DNA from: Octopus bimaculoides
Taxonomy: Eukaryota
Assembly: GCF_001194135.2 (NCBI RefSeq)
Contig: NC_068992.1
Coordinates: 22,446,242 to 22,490,237, forward strand
DNA: 43,996 nt
Direction of reading: 5' to 3'
Shown here one piece after another: positions 35,911 through 43,996 of this stretch. Numbering within the stretch: the stretch's first letter is position 1; each line of letters starts with the position of its first letter. Position numbers and translations under genes: made by a program. A model generated the notes under the pieces. It was not told where the DNA came from. It did not search any database and saw only the letters and a list, made by a program, of their open reading frames with translations.

Positions 35911-37934
35911 TTGATTATATATATATATATATACATACCCTATTTATCTGTCTATTGATATTCTAGATTTTTGACACCTTTTAATTTCAATTTTCCTTCT
36001 GACTCTTCTTGTTTCCTCTGAACAGATTAAGGGCATTTATGTTTTATAGCCAACTACTGTCAAAGGAAACTGATATCAGTGGCTAGGTGACAGTGGCTAG
36101 ACATGTTGTTATTTCTATTCAGACTAAACGAGAAGGAAACGTAAAATCTAGAAAACATGGTTGTAAAGATACAAAATGGATTGCAGGAATTCCATTCATA
36201 TATGTTTATATTTTCCGTCTGTAGTTTGATCCTAGAAACTTTATACTTAATACATACATTGTCTGTATGTGTAAACGAACCGGATTTCTGATGACAAATT
36301 GCGTCTGAACTCATTCAGACGCAGAGTAAAGCACAGAAGAGAAAGTTAATAATCTAGAAAATTTCAATTATTATAGCAATAACTCATCTCAGAAATTTAG
36401 TCAAGTAAGACATTATTCTTAAATTTGTATGAAATTTATTATTTTAAATATTAAATTATTTCATTTGCTATTTGATTTCTGTTCACTCTATTTAACACAC
36501 ATCCATTAAAGTACTCATTCAGTTGTCATATGACTTAAATGCATTTGAGAAAAGCAATCGCTCGGTCGAGAATTCATTTAATTTGAAAACTAAAAATTAA
36601 AGTTCCAAGTTTTTAATTAATTTCGTGCGAAGAAAACAATATTAAGAATATATTATAAAATGATAATATTTAATTGGTCTGATATTTCAAATTGAATTTA
36701 TAGAGAAACCAGTGAATGCAATACTTTAGAAACCGTTTATATAAAACTATACATTTATATACAGCGCACATTCTATAAGCATACCAAGCAGTTAAATTGT
36801 TCTAAGCTGCACATATAAGAATTAAATTCACTTCAAATGGTTAACTAATGCTTTTGCGTAATTGCTTGTAAAAGGATTCTGTGAATACTAGAAATTATGT
36901 TTGTCAGCAAATTTAAATTTAAGTTCGCAAACTTGGATATATTTTATTCTGGGTAGGTTTAAACGCGATGTGATCAACTTTCTTCTTTTCTACAAAGAAG
37001 GGCTTGCTCAAAGAGTTAGTGTTCCTCCCCATATCTTTCCTCTGCATACTATGAGATCTAGAATTGTGATCGTTTATAATTAATATTTGCTGACGCTGAC
37101 TTTTGTTTATTTTCATAGTTGTAGAGATATTACAGTTCTAATCCAGGGATAACAATGAACTTTCAGAAATGGGTATAACATGTAGTTGTTTCTTTTAACT
37201 TGACTGTAAAGAAGAACATTAACGCAACTTCCATTTCTAATTCAGTTGTTGATTAGTCAACATTAGCGTGTTTCGAGGATTAAGAAAAGGCTAAAAAAAT
37301 CATCTCAAATATGCAAGCATTTAACACGAATAAAAGAGTATAAAATTTTGTTGCATCTTGGTGGGGTCACTGTGCCAATGATGAACACAATCATTGGTTC
37401 TGTTTTACTTCTCTTATTATTATTAGTCTATTAACTATCTAACTAAATAACAAATCATTTGCTTGATTAAATATTCGGCCAATGAATCAGTCAGCTAGGT
37501 TTATCCTGTCTTTTCATCGCCACCCGTGACCTCATCAATCATACCCCCTCCCTACCCCGGGTCTAATAAAACAGAATATCATATATCAGGGATGCACAAA
37601 TACGCTGGAATATAAAAAGTAGTACTTGAACTTGAAGATTCTTATTCATTACATTTTAGTTATTATTTACTAGTATGTTATTTACAAACCTTAATCTCAC
37701 TCTCCATTCAATTAGCATCCGTTACAGGCAAGTAGGGGAGGGTGTGACCTGCTAGAAACACCAATCTGCCTCACCCCTCGCTCAAATTAGCTCTGCTTCC
37801 AAAGGTTTGCCAAATCTGTTCACCTACTACATAAATCAGACATTTTAAATGTATTTCAAGGTGTACAACGCCTGGACAAAATATCGGGGTTATTTAATGA
37901 TTGCAATGTATTATATTATTATCAGAACGTAAAA

Positions 37935-38547
37935 GGCGACGAGCTGGCCGAATCGTTAGGACGCCGGGCAAAATGCTTCGCGGTATTTCGTCTCTCTTTA
38001 TGTTCTGAGTTCAAATTACGCTGAGGTCGACTTTGCCTTTCATCCTTTCGGCGTGGATTAAATAAGTACCAGCTATGCATTGGGGTCGTTGTAACGGACT
38101 TGCCCCTCCCCGCAAATTTCTGTCATGTGCCTATGTTAGAAAGGGTCATTATCAAGACGTAAAGCAGTGAAATGGCAGAATCGTAAGCACACTGGGCGAA
38201 ATGTTTAGCGGTATTTCGTCTGTCTTTACATTTTGAGATCAAATTCCGCCGAGGTGAACTTTAACTTTCATCCTTTCAGAGTCAATAAAACTGCTGGCTC
38301 AAATACTGCTCTTCTCTGACGAGTGAGAGAGACCATCATTTTTACGACGTAAGGCATCGAGATGGCTGAATCGTTCGAGCGTCGAACAAAATTCTTAGCG
38401 GTGTTTATTTTGGCTCTGTCTTCATATTCTGCTATAGTGTCTTTCATCATTTTGCAGTCGATAGAATAAATACAAGTTGAATACAGGGGCTGATGTAGGT
38501 GACATTTCCCTCCCATGAAAAAATGGGCCAAAATAAGAAAGAATTAT
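37935..38547 (+). mobile_element. Three head-to-tail SINE family A copies (37935-38147, 38164-38290, 38353-38547)
   Basis: Each begins with a GGC..GAG.TGG..GAATCG-type head; divergence increases left to right. Confidence 0.88.
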
Positions 38548-38570
38548 TAGCAGAACGTAAACCGGAACAT

Positions 38571-38802
38571 TATTTACATTTAACGGATATTTGTCCTCAT
38601 CTTGTTTGCTGTTAACACAACGTTTCGGCTGATATACACCTCAGCCTTCAGCAGGTGTCTTGGGGAAATTTTTAACCTGGGTTCTCATTCCTAAGGTACT
38701 TTTTAATGTTATTATTATTATTCAGGTCACTGCTTGGAATCGAACTCGGAATCTTGGGGCTAGTAGCCCACGCTCTTAACCACTACGGCATATGTCCGTG
38801 GG
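38571..38802 (-). mobile_element. Short element with a tRNA-like Pol III head followed by a hammerhead motif
   Basis: Head at about 38724-38797: A box TGCCGTAGTGG, GGGCT/AGCCC stem, B box GAGTTCGATTCC. HHR at 38614-38659. Confidence 0.8.
38614..38659 (-). ncRNA. Minimal type-I hammerhead motif (A6C in this copy)
   Basis: GACAC-CTGCTGA-A-GGCTGA-GGTGTATA-TCAGCC-GAAACGTT-GTGTT: helix I 5 bp, helix II 6 bp, palindromic ACGT helix III. Confidence 0.7.
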
Positions 38803-38871
38803 AAAATGTACATAATTCTTTATAATGTACATAATGTACATAATTCCTCATCTCTCAAATATAGAACTGTA

Positions 38872-39090
38872 AAGCGGCACGTTAGAATCGTCAACACACC
38901 GAATATAATGCACAACGTATTTTCTTCCGGCTTTATTGAATTCAGATTCCACGAAGGTCGACTTCGACTTTCATTCTCTCAGTGCTCAGAAAATAAGTAA
39001 GTATCAGTTGAGTATTAAACTCGATGCGATTGCCTTTCCTATCGCCAGTGAATAGTTAGCTTTGTCCTTGTGCCAAAATAAGAAAGAACC
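38872..39090 (+). mobile_element. Old SINE family A copy
   Basis: TTAGAATCGT head, GAAGGTCGACTT, CCTTGTGCCAAAATAAGAAAGAA tail. Confidence 0.7.
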
Positions 39091-39701
39091 AGCAGGATGT
39101 ACGGCTACATAATGTGAACGACAGACACTGCTGCGTATGATATGGCAGACAAACATCTTTATCACACTTAGAAGTCACAGTCTTCGTAATGTACCATCTC
39201 TTTCATTAAGTGTCTTCCAGAAACGTCTCAGATATAGAACTACTCAACTTAGTTTCTTACTCTTCCAAATAATTCTGGGGGTCTTTCATCAGTAAAAAAA
39301 AAAATCAATATTTTCCTTTTATATAAATAAAATAATCTTCACTATAAGACAGAATTACAATTTAGAAAAGAAGAAAAATTTTTTTTTTTCAAAAACAAAG
39401 CAAGAAAAGCTAAAATAAATTAATGCACATTATACACAGTTTAGTTGCACAATAATTCAGTCAACATACATCACTTATTTATTGAATGTTTTTATTCTAT
39501 TAAAACATGTTTTTTTGTGGTATTTTTTATTTACTTTTCAAGCCTTTTTTTTCCTTTAGCATATATTTTTTAATAAATTTTTCTCACATTTTCTGGTCAT
39601 ATTTTAAATTTTTTATATTATGTTATTTCTTGTTTATCATTTTTTTTTACATTGCGTTGGTAAACTATTTTAGAGAGTATGACATTTCTAACTGTGTAAT
39701 A

Positions 39702-39737
<36 letters not shown>

Positions 39738-40077
39738 TATACATGTATATATATTCTCAACTCACACCAATTTTTTTTTCTACAAAATCAATTGTTCCCC
39801 TCTCAATGACTACCTTACCTCCACGAAGCTATAACTGTCAGTGTTCGTTCTAAATGCATTCATGAAAGATATATCGAATAATTCATATAAATTGAAGAAA
39901 CACAACGTCTGTATTCATACACAATCAGATAGACGAATACACAGACACATGCATATAATAAGACGCATATGTACAAATTAATACCCACATATTTCTATTC
40001 GTCTTATTACAAAAAAAATGTACCTTTCGTCTCACTCTCTTATTCTCTCTCTTTCTCTCCATATCTTACTGTAAAAA

Positions 40078-40835
<758 letters not shown>

Positions 40836-42399
40836 CTTACACATTCGTAAACGTGAATGTATGTATACATGTATGTAACTATCTCTCCGTGGAAACACGC
40901 CCTCACACACATAGACACACATATTCACATACATATATGCAAGCACAAAAAAAATATAAACATATATGTCAAAAATGTCATTGTTTGCCTATTTAAATAT
41001 ATAGTTCAAGATATCAATATACATTTTATTTGGGGTATCACTTTTCTCTACTATAAAGAAAAGTGCTACACATTTTATAATCAATTTTCTAAACAATTTT
41101 CTGTTTAATATTAATTGTGTTCAACTCAACACTTTTACAACCCGCTGTCATAAAATACTATTCGCTATCTTGATGTCTCATTACAGCAAAAGTAGAAAGA
41201 GTTTGTTCTCCAGTCGTTTCAGACGCTAGTCTGTATTTTCCGTTTTAGTAAAATTTATATGAGCTAACGAACTGATCTGCCTCTTCCAATAACTTCTAAC
41301 CCTCAGCTGAGAAACTATAAGACTGTAACAAAATTGTTATTATTCTTTTGTCTTTCGTCAGAAGGTGTTATTTCCTATGTGCTTCTACCTAGAAAGAAAA
41401 TGACTATTATACCCACCAAACTTTGCCTTTGTGACCTGGATATCAATGTTTTGAAATTGGCTTATTTTCCATTACATTTCAGACAGATTCATCGCTAAGT
41501 TGCTGACGCACAGATATCGTTATAGCAAATATTCTGCTCAGTAACACAATCTTATCTTTCAGTTGCTTGATCTTAACCACATTAGCATACCCGATAATGG
41601 CTGATAATATGTGCATTTCTAATGGGGGAGCATTAGAGCCATCTATGGATAGGGATTCCTTGAGGTTTGAATAAACGTAACAAAAGAAATGTCCGAAAGA
41701 AATATTAACCAATTTCATGTTTTCTTGGGGTAAGGAAATAGGAAATAACAGTTTCTACCCAAGGACAAAAATCGTTTTACTCAGGGTAATGGATGACCAC
41801 CTCTACATCTGCAGTATTCTTGCTACTGCACATACAGGCATTCCAGACAACCCTACATGGCTGTGTCAGACACAGTCTCTCGCAGATACATTTCAACGTC
41901 TGTCTTATAGATTTGTACGTCCTCTCTATTTTACCACCTTTCTAATAGTCACCATAGCTTCTGATTTCCGTTGCTGACTTATCTCGTCACGACCTTTCGG
42001 CAAAGCACACAAGCAGACTCTTTTCTCTCTCATCTAACACTTGTCTTCTCTCCTTTCGTCATTATGGTATTTTCTATGTACTAGACACTACTTTAACCTC
42101 AATGTCCTAGACACTACTTTAACCTCCTTTCTAACAAAAGTATCAGCTATATAGAGTTCCATTCTTGCAAAACTTGAAGTTGAATTGTTACCAGCGCCAT
42201 CTTCCTTCGTCTTGGAGGGACTACAAAGACCACCGGAAAAACACTGTCCTCCTGGTCGAATTCATATCAAAAATTGGTTGTCTGGTTAGTTCGTAGCTCG
42301 GATTTTATGAATGTTTCTGTTATTGAAACATTTTTAGCCATTCTGAGTGTGACTTATAAACAAAGATTGCGCTGGGTGTCAACCATCTAATTCTTTTTC

Positions 42400-42439
<40 letters not shown>

Positions 42440-42651
42440 GTGTGCCACATTAACGTATCTTTATAAGTAGAGGCTTCATTACTATGCAGTTCAATACCCA
42501 TGCACGTACGGCCATCTGAACTAGTTTGTGAATGTCAGAAATTATCCTGCTTCTTTACTAGGCATTTTTTTCTATTGACCTAATCATACTTCTCTATTCA
42601 ATTTGTGGACAGACTAGGTGTTTATTGAAGCTAATCAAAAAGAGTTCTGTT

Positions 42652-42750
42652 TTTTGAATTTTGGCACAAGGCCAGCTATTTCAGGGTGGAAGTAAGTGGA
42701 TTACGTCAACCCCGAAAAGATGAAAGGCAAAGTCTACCTCAACAGAATCT
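42652..42750 (-). mobile_element. SINE family A fragment
   Basis: TTTTGGCACAAGGCCAGC...CCCCGAAAAGATGAAAGGCAAAGTC. Confidence 0.75.
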
Positions 42751-43302
42751 GTTACCATGGACTTCTTTCAACCCATGTATAAGGTGAAAGGCATCTACGT
42801 TCCGACCATCCAGTCTCTGTGTATGTAAGGTAGTGTGTTTTCCCTATTTGTCCCACACTCGGGCTTCATATGTAGGTAGTTCCCAAAGGTAGAGCTGCGG
42901 CACGAAGGCTTCCTCTTTCAGTTCCATAGGCATAGTTGATATTGAAGACATTCATTACGACGGTGACGGTGATTATAATCATGATGGAGAGAAGAATGAT
43001 GATGAGAAATAGTAGCGGTAGAAAGAAGCCAGTTTCAGAAACGTAGGTTACGAGAATTGAAAAGCAAGTCTTGAATTTCTAGATTGAACCATCTATCAAT
43101 AACACTATACGTGGTAATATATGTATTTTCTTTTGTTTAACCTTTAAAATACCTTACTCCAGTAATTACTTTACTGTGGAGTGATCTATTCATTTGCCTC
43201 TGGTGGAATTTTGTCCTTTGCAAGACAGAAGGAAATAAACACTTAAGTGAGCAGTATTAGTTTTATATTTTAGTACAACAAAAATATTTACACATACACG
43301 CA

Positions 43303-43314
43303 ACCACGCACACG

Positions 43315-43386
<72 letters not shown>

Positions 43387-43400
43387 CACACACCCACATA
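43303..43400. repeat. (CA)n microsatellite
   Basis: Directly visible. Confidence 0.97.
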
Positions 43401-43721
43401 TATATAATATAGACACGTCATAACGTTCTATATGTAGTATATATGTATGTATATATGTATATAGACAAACACATATAAATTGAATTGAACTGCCTAAGGG
43501 TTGTAAGAGATCATATATGGGTTATTATTGAGACGAAAAGGGCACTCTAAAATCATTATACACAATTTATGAAGTATTGACAAGTCAGAAACTTGGGCTA
43601 CATTGAAGAATTGCAATAAATGTGTTGGATTTTTAACACATCTGTAGTTTAAATAAGAAGACAAATAGATTTGCTTTTAACCCATTTCGCAAATGCCATT
43701 TTCTGTCCTGATATATATATA

Positions 43722-43996
43722 TATCATCATCATCGTTTAACGTCCGCTTTCCATGCTAGCATGGGTTGGACGATTTGACTGAGGACTGGTGAAACCGGAT
43801 GGCAACACCAGGCTCCAATCTAAATTTGGCAGAGTTTCTACAGCTGGATGCCCTTCCTAACGCTAACCACTCAGAGAGTGTAGTAGGTGCTTTTACGTGT
43901 CACCCGCACGAAGGCCAGTCAGGCGATACTGGCAACGGCCACGCTCGAAATGGTGTCTTTTATGTGCCACCCACACAAGAGCCAGTCCAGGGGCAC
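43722..43996 (-). mobile_element. Family-B retroposon 3' end with (GAT)n tail, cut by the window edge
   Basis: Minus strand contains GCGTTAGGAAGGGCATCCAGCTGTAGAAA (RTE-associated SINE-like segment) and ends in ACGATGATGATG. Confidence 0.75.

Noticed and set aside
36018-36061. Possible very old PLE hammerhead (CTGAACA...GCC-AACTACTGTC)
   Set aside because: Both core halves are mutated; cannot be distinguished from chance.
38724-38797. tRNA gene call for the tRNA-like sequence (and the other SINE heads)
   Set aside because: The acceptor stem does not close and the sequence is embedded in a repeat; treated as a SINE head.
43778-43802. CTGAGGA-CTGGT-GAAACCGG in family B
   Set aside because: No room for helix II and no NUH cleavage triplet.

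Overview
AT-rich, microsatellite-saturated animal genomic DNA with nine N-gaps, each flanked by simple repeats or a poly-A run. The SINE families, mariner relics and SSR load suggest a coleoid cephalopod, most likely Octopus (inference from recalled repeat sequences, not a search). No host protein-coding gene can be confidently called, and most ORFs in the track are microsatellite or gap artefacts. Recognisable content: about 17 copies of one tRNA-derived SINE, CORE-type SINEs, two mariner relics, an RTE reverse-transcriptase remnant, two R4/Dong-type LINE 3' ends, and a 5'-truncated Penelope-like element (PLE) with an inverted LTR. Hammerhead-ribozyme (HHR) motifs recur. Both PLE LTR copies carry a minimal HHR with the compensatory U3-A8 core (UUGAUAA), a tRNA-headed short element carries a complete-topology minimal HHR, and two eroded HHRs are also present. 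Other notable items are a 23-aa-periodic STPR-like ORF and several near-perfect palindromes. All alignments, counts and folds were done by eye.
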